Shown piece after piece: positions 9,801 to 18,333 of a stretch of DNA of 64,000 bases. This stretch comes from a virus (lineage: Duplodnaviria; Caudoviricetes). Position 1 is the stretch's first letter. Each line of letters starts with the position of its first letter. Below the pieces are notes generated by a model that was not told the origin of the DNA, did no database searches, and saw only the letters and a list, made by a program, of their open reading frames with translations. The DNA lies in the IMG/VR virus record IMGVR_UViG_2843857367_000001, positions 1-64,000 of that record. One strand, 5' to 3'. The position numbers and the translations under genes were made by a program.

Positions 9801-12173
9801 GGCGTGCGCATCGGCCGTGACGCCCAACAGCGTCGGGCGCGGCGGGTTCGCCTGGCGGTCGCCGGACAGCTTGGACGTCAGCGGCGGGATCGGCCCCGTT
9901 TCACCGGCCATCAACAGCGGCGCGACATAACGCACGCCGGTCAGCACGGCCGTCAGGTTCTCGCCCGGCTCTATGGCGATGATCTCGACGTCCTCGCTGA
10001 CCTTCTCAACCTCGCCGAAAGCGATCAGGTCCCCGGCCGCCGGGCACACGCTCGGCGCGCGAGCCGAGGCGAACAGGATCTCGCGCGTGACGCCGGGCTG
10101 CGTCTGGATGGGCACCCCGTCATACAGCCCGCCCTTGGTCCTCAGGTCGATGGCGTAGCTGACGCCGGCGAACATCTCCACCGGCGCGGAAAGCCGAAGG
10201 CCAACCACGGCCGACCCGTCTTCACTCCAGCGACGGCAGCGCACCCGCGCCGATCCTCCACCCGCACGATTCCAGGCCAGCCGAACGCGGGAGCCATAAT
10301 GCGAAATCAGATGCTCGACGTCCGCCGTCCAGGTGTCGATCCGACGCTGATGCCGTCGTTGACCCAGCTTCCACCGTCCGTCGCGATAGGCGCGGTTCGG
10401 CGTGGCCTGACCATCCAGCGTCAACGCCTCGATCAGGCTGGCCGCCTTGATCCCGTTTGCCGGGTCGGCCGCCTCGCCATAGCCGTCGTTGTAGACGAAC
10501 AGTTCGTCCGGCTCGCCGCCCTTCTCGATGTTCTGGAACTCGACGCGCAGGGCGTGGACCGGGTCGGGATAAACGATCTCCCACCGATGATCCTTCAGGT
10601 TATCGTCGGTGAAGACCTGCGCGGGAATGGGCTTCTCGACCCATGGCGAAGCCGCCAACTGCGTTCCATCCCAGAAGACGCCCGCGCGACCGGCCCGCTC
10701 CAGAATGGCCAGCGCCTCCGACTGAGTACGCGCCTCGGTCAGATAGAGGTGGCATTTCCAGTCATACTGCTCGCACAGCTGATGCCACACGCGCAGCCGC
10801 GCGTCGGCCTGGGCGGGCAGAAGAGGCTTGGCCGGGGCCGGCCCGGTCAGCAGCCAGCGCGCCAGGGCGGCCGGGTTCGACGTCGCCACCGGCGGACCCC
10901 ACGCACCGCCCGTCCAGGTCGAGCACTTCGGCTTGATGCGACAGGTGATCGGAGCCAGCCCGCCCTGATTGATCGCCGTCGCCCTTACAGCGAACTCAAT
11001 GATCGACAGGGTTTCGTCCGCGACCGGCTTGCGGAAGGCGACAGACTTGATCGCGCTAACCATGATGGTGTCGCGGCGCTTGTCGTTGCCATCGTCCGGT
11101 CGGTTGCGCGTCAGTTCGAACTCATATCGGCCGTGCGGCAGGTGGACCGAATGCGTGACCCGGATCGGATCCTTGGTCGCGCTGGTCCGCGCCCAACTCG
11201 GCCCCGATTGCCACGGCCCGGTGGCGACCCCCGTCTGGTCGATGGGGCGATAGCGGACGGCGACCGACGCATGGGCGGTCAGCACGCGTCCGTCGTCCTT
11301 CTGGAAATACAGCCCGGCCGGCAGGAAGAAGTCGAGATCGAACCGGCTGCCGTCCGACGACGCGGCGCGGACCAGCGGCGTCGCGCTCGACGGCGTCGCC
11401 TTCAGCTCCTCGTTCAGGTCCAGCTGGTCGACGTCGTTCGGATACAGCTGGAAGGTGCGCGGCCCCGGCTCCAAGTGCTGCACCATGCGGAAGTCGCCCG
11501 CGCCCATGGTGCTGACCAGGGTGTCGCCGATCTTGACCTCGGACACCTCGCACGGGCCGTAGTGGACGCCCAGGACGCCGTACATCCAGACGTCGTCGCC
11601 CTGGCTCTGGGTGAAGGTCTTGGCCGCCAGATCCGGCGCGGTCACCACCTCGCCGAGGGCCAGCGGCATCGGCCCCCACTGGCGATACTGGTTCGACGCG
11701 CTCTGCAGGGCGTATCGGTCGTTGGCCTTCGTGGCCTTGTTGTCGGGCGCGTACAGGCTCGCGATCAGCGCCTGCCCGCCCAGGGTTATCGCCGCCGCCG
11801 CCGCGCGGGCCAGCAGCTTGCTGGTGATCATGCCGCCGGCGCCGCCGCCGACCCAGGCCGAGACCGCGATCACCGCCACCGTCAACAGGATCTGGCCGAT
11901 GTCCTTACGACCGCCGCCGCCTCCGCCCATGGGCTCGACCACGACGTTGACCACCTGGTCGGCCGACAGGACGTGATCCAACGCCGTCTCGCGATCCAGA
12001 CGAGCGCCGTCGACATAGATTTCCGTGCGGTTCAGCGCCTTGATCGGCAGGCCTGACCTGACCGCTTCGACCAGCATGGCGCGCACGGTCAGGCCCTCGA
12101 CCACCCTCAGGTCGAAGGCGTCCCGGCCAAAGGCCTCAGGCGTCACGACGATGGGCAACGAGCCGTCAGCCAC
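6888..12173 (-). CDS. tail tip / host-specificity protein (J-like, N-terminal ubiquitin-like I domain)
   Basis: 1761 aa; SNPAALARWLL, FnIII-like segments, C-terminal carbohydrate-binding-like modules; position. Confidence 0.88.
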   Translation of the reverse strand: MADGSLPIVVTPEAFGRDAFDLRVVEGLTVRAMLVEAVRSGLPIKALNRTEIYVDGARLDRETALDHVLSADQVVNVVVEPMGGGGGGRKDIGQILLTVAVIAVSAWVGGGAGGMITSKLLARAAAAAITLGGQALIASLYAPDNKATKANDRYALQSASNQYRQWGPMPLALGEVVTAPDLAAKTFTQSQGDDVWMYGVLGVHYGPCEVSEVKIGDTLVSTMGAGDFRMVQHLEPGPRTFQLYPNDVDQLDLNEELKATPSSATPLVRAASSDGSRFDLDFFLPAGLYFQKDDGRVLTAHASVAVRYRPIDQTGVATGPWQSGPSWARTSATKDPIRVTHSVHLPHGRYEFELTRNRPDDGNDKRRDTIMVSAIKSVAFRKPVADETLSIIEFAVRATAINQGGLAPITCRIKPKCSTWTGGAWGPPVATSNPAALARWLLTGPAPAKPLLPAQADARLRVWHQLCEQYDWKCHLYLTEARTQSEALAILERAGRAGVFWDGTQLAASPWVEKPIPAQVFTDDNLKDHRWEIVYPDPVHALRVEFQNIEKGGEPDELFVYNDGYGEAADPANGIKAASLIEALTLDGQATPNRAYRDGRWKLGQRRHQRRIDTWTADVEHLISHYGSRVRLAWNRAGGGSARVRCRRWSEDGSAVVGLRLSAPVEMFAGVSYAIDLRTKGGLYDGVPIQTQPGVTREILFASARAPSVCPAAGDLIAFGEVEKVSEDVEIIAIEPGENLTAVLTGVRYVAPLLMAGETGPIPPLTSKLSGDRQANPPRPTLLGVTADAHAVRVSFDMPTWRGAPLSGFSVRWRAKGEAGSWAPLPALDAAARELVAPPLREAPVEGVEATRVEIEITAATVDGRVSPPLQVTVVKPVPGAPLASIWSVDAKGPDANGVSQPILIVRGEVNDPNVAAVRIAWGLTPDGPWTEAYEGAPLTKALEIGNLTPGVEHHVAITHLSAQGVPSQFLVIGPRVPGQLVAGDATHLGGRTREEILTDVDAVKTGLGAIVEEVSDVREVAVTNAAAGAMNANPTFAAADPEAPFPAVAPGWADWSWGHDRTVVAGQLSRYALRYVVPVGRITGIMARHEGFRRTPKPGWYVLEAMVTLEAGSLDGAGLLLLQSAGPNTGALIANSIDFRADPDSSGNAVGSGAPGRTYAFSKIVRVENPAVAWFDLFAMSGYVDGFGAISAKIIVWHKALVREATAAEIETGQARGSYPTMSARLSSEFTAIAGEQGVMALRQDLLEARAGTNEFNNADLAQGMTGFRQQWNGSGHSISLGIWENEYLFALKNGGGIQDPGVVVLGSLDFGGGPFGPETNSYGMRAWRVSAGERIGFAFDARDESPAYGHPAARWAVGVRLFNADGTLWGGIPAADFQSQYGQTNWHRVGSVFTVPADGYLTIEAYIHSQGSTSSTAIVSARRWAWARMAPGATQLPAYSAPAGGGQLAKVEETAGAVRTLEGKTKAWAERTVSAGSAEAFVQMKAEDDNGNPVSEINLGAQAIGLWTKVGSLFVPVFRLVGTSAHFAGKVFVGLLKQIAIDPDLPAIIWTKGNARIVIGMLPNDDMIYWFGPNIDPSAMRKSNATEWRDANGAAYYKGGISAGQLQASARTSDQSATVSAQTGRFGSLGGTITIVFSYAAETRVASTSYSPPFPPSYEDVSNDPTAQIRLYRSLNGDVFELVATFAATGQRRSWGINGGDFFEEGQEVVCGGAATFVDPDRNTLDRQYRVEMSGRSFTWLNGAGNYRSQFLNVVCVED

Positions 12174-12224
12174 GGGCGCCTCCTTCTCTCAGGTTGTCGG
12201 TGATGAAGCGCACGGCGTGCGCTG

Positions 12225-12316
12225 CCTGCGTCGGGTCGAGAAGGCGGAGCCTTCTGACCGCAGGCGTCTAAGAAGCCCTGCGTCGGGTCGAAACCCGAAG
12301 GGCCGACGGCCGCAGG
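12225..12316. repeat. two tandem 40-nt hairpin units
   Basis: CCTGCGTCGGGTCGA-N18-CCGCAGG at 12225-12264 and 12277-12316. Confidence 0.7.
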
Positions 12317-12319
12317 CCG

Positions 12320-12769
12320 CTAAGAAACGGCGATGTCTGTGACGAAGGCGGGCACAAAGGCCCCCTTCAGCCGATACCGACCGCCCGGTTCGTCCAGGTC
12401 AAGCAGGGCCGTCTGCATCGGCGTATCGGCGTGCAGGATCAGGCGGGGCGTCAGCATGTAGCCGACGTGCCCGGCCCGCCCCATCCAGGTCAGCCAGGCG
12501 ACCACGCCCGCCTGGGGTTCGACAGGCCGCCACGCCGCCAGCCCCTCAGCCAGCAGCCGCGCCCGTTCGCGCGCCCCGGCCGGGCAGACGATGGCCGCCT
12601 CATACAGGTCCAGATAATCCGGCACCTCGATCCCGCTGAACGTCCTGAGGCACCACCGGGTCAACCCCCGGCAATCCCACCCGTCCGGCGTGTCGCCCTT
12701 GACCAGGAACGGCGCCCCCACCAGCGGCTCCGCCCGCCTGACCAGATCGCCCGGCACCGTCATTCTCAT
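12320..12769 (-). CDS. NlpC/P60 tail assembly protein (K-like)
   Basis: GWDCRGL, HVG, ILHA. Confidence 0.85.
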   Translation of the reverse strand: MRMTVPGDLVRRAEPLVGAPFLVKGDTPDGWDCRGLTRWCLRTFSGIEVPDYLDLYEAAIVCPAGARERARLLAEGLAAWRPVEPQAGVVAWLTWMGRAGHVGYMLTPRLILHADTPMQTALLDLDEPGGRYRLKGAFVPAFVTDIAVS

Positions 12770-13239
12770 CAGAACATTCCGGGCGTCGTCGCAGGCGTAT
12801 AGCTGACGGCGCAGGCCGGCTCTTCGTTGAAGTCGCGGGGCCGGATGACGGCCGTAGCCTTCGTCCTGTCTCCCTCGGTAGAGGCGATCCGCGCATCCAT
12901 CAGGGCGCGCTCGATGACGTTGGGATCGGCCACCCGAACGACCGACAGATCGATTTCCGGCGGCTCCTCGGCAGCGTCAGCGGCCGCCTCGATCACCTGA
13001 TCGACATTGGCGATGGTCAGGCGCGCCTGTCCGAACGGACTGTCCTGGCTCGCGCCGGCCCAGCTGAGTTGAAACGGATAATGGACGTGCTCGACGCCGT
13101 TGGACGTCAGGCCGCCGGGCCAGTCCGTGACATTCAGCGGCTCGGCCAGACCTTCGCTGCGGATGGTCACCAACTGCGCCACGGCGTCCGGCTCGCCCCT
13201 GAACGCCGCCTCCACCATCGCTTCGGTCACATCGGTCAT
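12769..13239 (-). CDS. minor tail protein (DUF1833/L-like)
   Basis: YPFQL, ARLTIANVD, YTPATTPGMF. Confidence 0.75.
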   Translation of the reverse strand: MTDVTEAMVEAAFRGEPDAVAQLVTIRSEGLAEPLNVTDWPGGLTSNGVEHVHYPFQLSWAGASQDSPFGQARLTIANVDQVIEAAADAAEEPPEIDLSVVRVADPNVIERALMDARIASTEGDRTKATAVIRPRDFNEEPACAVSYTPATTPGMF

Positions 13240-14153
13240 CAGGCGGTCTCCAGCCAAAGGGCGACGTCCATGACGTGCAGGGCGCCCCGAGTTTCGCTCA
13301 GGCGCGGCGCCCCGTCGGCCGCCCAACTGCCGACGCAAAGCCGCTCGCTGCCCGGCTCCACGATCCAGAAGCTTCGCGCCGTCGCATGGAAGGCCTCAAG
13401 CATTGCGCGCTGAACGACGTCGCAACGGATCTGGCCGGACAGCTTTCGTGCGGCGTCGGCCGTGATGGGGCGCGACATCGGACGTCCCGGCCCGGCGTCG
13501 AACTCGATCATGCCGGGCTTGGGTTCGAAGCCCGCGCCGACGCCGAACTCCCTCAGCGCGCCCGGCCACGACGGCCGCTTCAGATCGACGTTGGAATGCA
13601 GGCCGGGCGACCACAGGAGCGGGTGTTGCGAGCCCTGCGGCGCCTCCGCGATCAACGGCTTCAACAGCACCGCCTCAATGGCCTGCCCGGCCCCCGTCGC
13701 CCGGCCGCCCGCCTCGACTGCGGCGCTGACGGCCGAGGCGGGCCGCTCGATCCGCGCCCAGGCGCGGTAATAGGTGTCCAGCAGCCCGTCGCGGGCGACG
13801 CCCCAGCTGGCCAGCACCGGCCGCCGCACAGTCAGATCATGCGCCATCAGCACGGCGCCGCTGGCGTCGAAGAAGACCAGACGGACGAAGGGCGGGACGG
13901 CCGCCCCGGCGACAAACGCGGCGGCGGCCAGGGAAATCTCTACGACAGAGACCCCCTGAACGTCGGCCCGCACGTTCGACGCCGGCGTGACGGCGAAGGA
14001 TTGTCCGGCGCTGCTGGACGTGCCCGAGGCGCGAAAGACGCCCCGGCCGGGCGCGCCGCGCGCCGCCTCATCCTTCGATAGGGTCATACCCGCCGTGGCG
14101 GTCCAGCCGCTGACCCCGTCTAGGGCGCCGGCATTGGTCAGTCGGTTGGTCAT
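13239..14153 (-). CDS. distal tail protein with N-terminal carbohydrate-binding-like domain
   Basis: follows tape measure; FDAGPGRP..R motif in C-terminal part. Confidence 0.65.
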   Translation of the reverse strand: MTNRLTNAGALDGVSGWTATAGMTLSKDEAARGAPGRGVFRASGTSSSAGQSFAVTPASNVRADVQGVSVVEISLAAAAFVAGAAVPPFVRLVFFDASGAVLMAHDLTVRRPVLASWGVARDGLLDTYYRAWARIERPASAVSAAVEAGGRATGAGQAIEAVLLKPLIAEAPQGSQHPLLWSPGLHSNVDLKRPSWPGALREFGVGAGFEPKPGMIEFDAGPGRPMSRPITADAARKLSGQIRCDVVQRAMLEAFHATARSFWIVEPGSERLCVGSWAADGAPRLSETRGALHVMDVALWLETA

Positions 14154-14173
14154 TGCGGCTCCCGTTTAAATCC

Positions 14174-16900
14174 CTAGCCGCGACGTCTCGGCTGGGGCGT
14201 CGCCCGCTGCGCCCGCGCAAGGCTCCCGTCTTTGCCCGCCTTGGCCAGTTGGTTCTTGAAGAGCGGCTCAAGCTCCAGTTCGAGGCCCCCGCCCGCATTT
14301 TGCGACAGACGGCCGGTCATCGGTTCCGAGCCATAGTTCTTGATGGTCAGACCGCCGAGGTTGACGTTCATGCCGCTGCCGCCGGCGGCCGCCTGCCGAG
14401 CCCGGTCATGCTCCATCACCTGCGACCCGCGCGGCAGTCGCAGTAACTCAGGGCCCCGTTCCCCGACCCATTTCCAGCCGCCCTCGGAGAAGTCCGTCCC
14501 TGCCGCGTGGCCGCTTCCGAACAACTGCGAAAGGGCGCCGCCCAGATCCATCCCGCCGCTGCTGAAGCCGCCGCCCAGCGATCTCAGGAATCCGCCCCAA
14601 TCCAGCTCGCCCAGGGCGTCGCCGAGCTTGACCAGCCACTTGTCCGTAGCGCGGTCCAACTGGTCATAGAGAGCATCGCCTAGACCGCTGCGCTTGATGT
14701 CCAGCAGCATATTGCTTGCCCAGGCGCGACGGGCGCCCGTAAGCGCCGCATCCAGCTCTTCCTTGATCTCGCGTCCCGCCTGTTTCAGGCCCTCGCCGCG
14801 ATTCAGGTTGCCGCGCTGTTCGATCTCCCGCGCGCGCCGCTGAATACGATCGGCAACGCTCAACCGGCGATACTCTTCTTCGTCACCCGACAGACGCGCC
14901 AGGTTCAGCCGATGCTCCGTCTTGGCGTCAGCGATCGTCCGTTTCAGTGCAGCGGCGCGCGCCTCGACCAACTGGTTGCGCTGCGCCTCAGCCAGGTTGG
15001 TCGCTGTCGCCAGATCATAGCCCGCCTTCTGAAAGGCAAGGATGCGGTCCTCATGCTCGATCCGCTTGCGCTGGTTCTCCAGCGATCGTTCTTCGCCCAG
15101 CAGCCGCATGACCTGCGCCTCAGCCTCACGCTGCAGCTTCAGGCCCTCTTCATCCCGCTGGACCTTCATCGCTTCCAGCAGGCGTTGCTCTTCCTGCGTC
15201 GCCCGGCTCTTCGCCAGGGCCGCCGCCACGCCGTCGTCTTCCAACTGGCGGATGCGTGCACGGACCCGCGCTTCCGCCTCAAGGTCGCGGACACGGTCCA
15301 GATTGTTGGTCGCCTTGGCTTCCTGCAGCGAAAGGTTGGACTGGACATCCTCCTCCCGCCGCGTCCGCTGCAACAGCTCGCGAGCCTGACGCTCGGCCTC
15401 CCGCCGTGCGCGCTCCGCGTCCCGCGCCGCCCTGTCCCGATCCTTCTTACCGGCGTCCTGGCGGTCCTTCGCCTCTTGCGCCGCCTGATTGGCGGCCGCC
15501 GAGCTGGCGGCATCCTCACGTTCGCGATTATCCCAGTCGCGGAGGAATGTCTCAGTGAACAGCTTCGTCTCAGCCTGGCGGCGCGCGAACGGCGTCAACG
15601 CCGCATCGCGACGAAGCTCAAGGTTCTCGATGCGCTCATCGCGCGTGGTCTGCAACCACTCCCCCAGCTTGGTCCAATAGTTGGACATGCTGCGGGTGGC
15701 GACATCCCAGAAGCTGCTCAGGTCATCGACCTTATCAGCGTGCCCGCTCATGGAGCCGGTCAGCGCCTCCAACAACACTTTCTGCGCCGCCGTCCGGTCG
15801 CCCAGCTTGGTCAGGCTGTCAATGTGGTCGAGCGTCTGCTGATCCAGCAGGCCGAACTGGCGCGTCATGTCGCGCGCCGCCTTGTCCGGCTCAGACATAA
15901 CCTTGGCCAGCATCTCGGTCGCTGCCTTGGCGTCCACGCCCATGAAGGCGGCATAATCTTTGGTGACGGCGACCAGGCCGCTCATCACCTCGCCGCCGAT
16001 CTTGCCGGTCGAGACATAGGCGGTAGCCATCTCCCGCGCAGACTTGATCGAGATCTCGCCCGCCTCCGCGCCGGCTTCGGCGGCGGCCTTCAGCTCGGCG
16101 CCGGACATCTTGGCCGTGCGTCCAAGACCGGTCGTGGCCCTATCCAACGCTGCTGACGACTTCTCCGCCTGGTTCCAGGCCACGGCCATGGCGCCGGTAG
16201 CCCCGGCCAGCAGCCCGGCGCTGCCGACCAACATCGTCAAAGGCCCCGTCAATTTGATGGCCGAGGTCGACCAGGCGTCCAGGATCTGCGGCCCCTGCTG
16301 AATCGCGATCATGGCCGGGCTCATGCCCATGGAAGCCGTAGTGAGGACGTCCGCACCCTGTCGGCCAAGGTTCAGGCGCGACGCCATGACGTTACGGCTC
16401 AGCCCCTTGCCTTGCCGCTCGATGGCCGTCGCCGTCTCATTGTACCGCTGCTTGGCTAGGTTCTGCGCCTGGGCCAACTGTTCGGTCGTGATCTTTCCCC
16501 GCCGAGCCAGAGCGTCGTATTCGGCCAGTTCCTGATTCAGCTTCTGCTGCGCCGCCCAAGCCGGGTTCAGCGCCTCCAACAACACCTGCGCACGCCGATC
16601 ATAGGCCTTGTCTGCGGCCTCGAGCGTCCGGCCCGCAACCGACGCGCGCGCGTTGGTTCCCCCGCTGACGCCGGTCGACTGGTCGATCCGGCTCTGCAGC
16701 GCTGTGTTCGCCTGAGCGGCGGCCCTGGCCACCTCGCGCAGGCGTTCGACCTCGCGCAGGGCGGCGGCGGCGGCCTTGTCCGACCCAGCCGCTGCCTTCT
16801 CATTCATGCGAACCAGCGCGCGCTCCGCGCCTTCGGCCTCGCGAATGACGTCCTTGCCGCCGGTCGGCTGGAGACGGATGGGAATTTCTTTCGCACGCAT
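14174..16900 (-). CDS. tail tape measure protein
   Basis: Ala-rich helical, MIAIQQGPQI, WVGERGPEL. Confidence 0.92.
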   Translation of the reverse strand: MRAKEIPIRLQPTGGKDVIREAEGAERALVRMNEKAAAGSDKAAAAALREVERLREVARAAAQANTALQSRIDQSTGVSGGTNARASVAGRTLEAADKAYDRRAQVLLEALNPAWAAQQKLNQELAEYDALARRGKITTEQLAQAQNLAKQRYNETATAIERQGKGLSRNVMASRLNLGRQGADVLTTASMGMSPAMIAIQQGPQILDAWSTSAIKLTGPLTMLVGSAGLLAGATGAMAVAWNQAEKSSAALDRATTGLGRTAKMSGAELKAAAEAGAEAGEISIKSAREMATAYVSTGKIGGEVMSGLVAVTKDYAAFMGVDAKAATEMLAKVMSEPDKAARDMTRQFGLLDQQTLDHIDSLTKLGDRTAAQKVLLEALTGSMSGHADKVDDLSSFWDVATRSMSNYWTKLGEWLQTTRDERIENLELRRDAALTPFARRQAETKLFTETFLRDWDNREREDAASSAAANQAAQEAKDRQDAGKKDRDRAARDAERARREAERQARELLQRTRREEDVQSNLSLQEAKATNNLDRVRDLEAEARVRARIRQLEDDGVAAALAKSRATQEEQRLLEAMKVQRDEEGLKLQREAEAQVMRLLGEERSLENQRKRIEHEDRILAFQKAGYDLATATNLAEAQRNQLVEARAAALKRTIADAKTEHRLNLARLSGDEEEYRRLSVADRIQRRAREIEQRGNLNRGEGLKQAGREIKEELDAALTGARRAWASNMLLDIKRSGLGDALYDQLDRATDKWLVKLGDALGELDWGGFLRSLGGGFSSGGMDLGGALSQLFGSGHAAGTDFSEGGWKWVGERGPELLRLPRGSQVMEHDRARQAAAGGSGMNVNLGGLTIKNYGSEPMTGRLSQNAGGGLELELEPLFKNQLAKAGKDGSLARAQRATPQPRRRG

Positions 16901-16901
16901 A

Positions 16902-17603
16902 TCAACGACTCCTGGTGATGGAGATGAGGCCCGCCGTTTTCGCACCGACCTGCTCGGCGATGAGGTCGAGATCCATTCGCTTCTGCGTGGTGATCTGCGG
17001 CACCAGAATGAACACGACGAACGACTGCCCGGCGGGTCCGTACAGACGAGAACCTCGACCTTTTGTCCGATATGGCCGAGCGACCCGGCCGGGTCCCAGC
17101 ATGGCCTGATCGGCGATCAGAAAGGCGCGACGCCCGCCCTTCTTGCCGCCCTCATAAACGAAGCGCAGCTTCATGCCCGTGCGCCGCTCAAAGCCGCTCG
17201 GCGTGATCCGCTCGCGCGCCCCTCGCTTGTTCACGGTCGCCCCCATGCCGTTGGCGCCGCGTTTCAATCCGAACTTGCCTGCCGCCTCGGTCGGAATCGC
17301 CAGCCAGCGCCCGCCCCTGGCGCGAATGACGGTGGCCTTGAGCGCCGTCTCAATGATTTCAGCCGCCTTGCCGCGCACCGACACCACGCCAGCCGCGTCG
17401 ACGCTATTCTGCCCCTGGGGATAGACCTTGCCCCGCCACGCTTTCGGCAACCGATTGCCCTTGAACGCCTGTTCGGTGGCGCCGCGCAGGAGCACCTTCA
17501 GTGTCTCCGTTCCCTCCCGCACGCTGGCGGTGACGTCGCGAGCCAGTTCCTTTTCGATCTCAGCGGCCAACCCCTCCGCCTCGATGCTGACCTTCGCCCT
17601 CAT
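16902..17603 (-). CDS. DUF6441-like tail/neck protein
   Basis: basic, WLAIPTEAA, FILVPQ. Confidence 0.7.
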   Translation of the reverse strand: MRAKVSIEAEGLAAEIEKELARDVTASVREGTETLKVLLRGATEQAFKGNRLPKAWRGKVYPQGQNSVDAAGVVSVRGKAAEIIETALKATVIRARGGRWLAIPTEAAGKFGLKRGANGMGATVNKRGARERITPSGFERRTGMKLRFVYEGGKKGGRRAFLIADQAMLGPGRVARPYRTKGRGSRLYGPAGQSFVVFILVPQITTQKRMDLDLIAEQVGAKTAGLISITRSR

Positions 17604-17950
17604 TCGTCATCCTCCCGACGCAGGCCCTTGATGATCTGCCCCTCGACCAGAGGCAGCGCCTCGGACATCAGCAACCGCGTCGCATCGTCCATCGGCCCGC
17701 CCAGCTGCGCGAAGGCGACCACGGCGCCGTAGTCCAGGGCGAAGGCGCCGAACCCGCTCGACCTCAACTGGCCGGCGCAGGCGTCGAGGACGTCCCAGAC
17801 GCGGCGGCCTTGCGGGGTTTTCGGCGCGTGCCGGTCGAAGGGGCAGGGCTCGCCTTCGCCCCCGCAGTACTGTCGTCGGCAGCTGTCCCGGCAGTAGGAT
17901 CCGCCTCCCTCCCCGAACTGCCACTCGGCAAGGGAGACGATCCTTTTTTT
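17600..17950 (-). CDS. tail assembly chaperone T segment (-1 frameshift product G-T)
   Basis: opens in -1 frame at A8 run; no own start. Confidence 0.75.
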   Translation of the reverse strand, partial: KKRIVSLAEWQFGEGGGSYCRDSCRRQYCGGEGEPCPFDRHAPKTPQGRRVWDVLDACAGQLRSSGFGAFALDYGAVVAFAQLGGPMDDATRLLMSEALPLVEGQIIKGLRREDDE

Positions 17951-18318
17951 TCCGACATCAGGGCGTGCACTTCGCTGGCGTACCCCCTGTCGAAGAAGTC
18001 GAAGATTTCGGGCTCTTGTCCCAACAGCGCCACGACCTGGTCGGGCGTCAGCGTCTGGGCGGGCGAGCCGGTATCGTCGGCCACGCCCTCCCATTCGAGC
18101 GCGCCGGCCGCCACATAGGCCGCCGTCATGACGAACAGCGCCTGGCCCATGTGTCCGACGCCGTCGTCATCCATCTCGACCCCGTGGGCCACCATCAGCC
18201 CGGCGCTGATCCGCCGGGCTTCCACGATCACAGGCGTCGAGGGCGGCAGCATCTTCACGCGAACGCCGTGCGCCGGCTCCAGCCATTCCGGTTGGGCGGC
18301 GATCTTCAGCTGAAGCAT
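17764..18318 (-). CDS. tail assembly chaperone G
   Basis: after tail tube; WEGVAD; EKK slippery site. Confidence 0.8.
   Translation of the reverse strand: MLQLKIAAQPEWLEPAHGVRVKMLPPSTPVIVEARRISAGLMVAHGVEMDDDGVGHMGQALFVMTAAYVAAGALEWEGVADDTGSPAQTLTPDQVVALLGQEPEIFDFFDRGYASEVHALMSEKKGSSPLPSGSSGREADPTAGTAADDSTAGAKASPAPSTGTRRKPRKAAASGTSSTPAPAS
17944..17951 (-). other. programmed -1 frameshift slippery site
   Basis: GAA AAA AAA GGA on minus strand. Confidence 0.8.
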
Positions 18319-18333
18319 GGTTCAGACCTCTCC

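Noticed and set aside
9294-12056. 920 aa plus-strand ORF and similar long ORFs (e.g. 14912-16156, 17965-19656, 20448-22331)
   Set aside because: Antisense shadows of GC-rich phage genes; R/G/A-rich with no motifs
6888-12173. Diversity-generating retroelement or invertible tail cassette
   Set aside because: No reverse transcriptase, template repeat or small invertase seen
12225-12316. Mini CRISPR array
   Set aside because: Only two units, the variable cores self-pair, and no cas genes; no CRISPR array seen anywhere in the window
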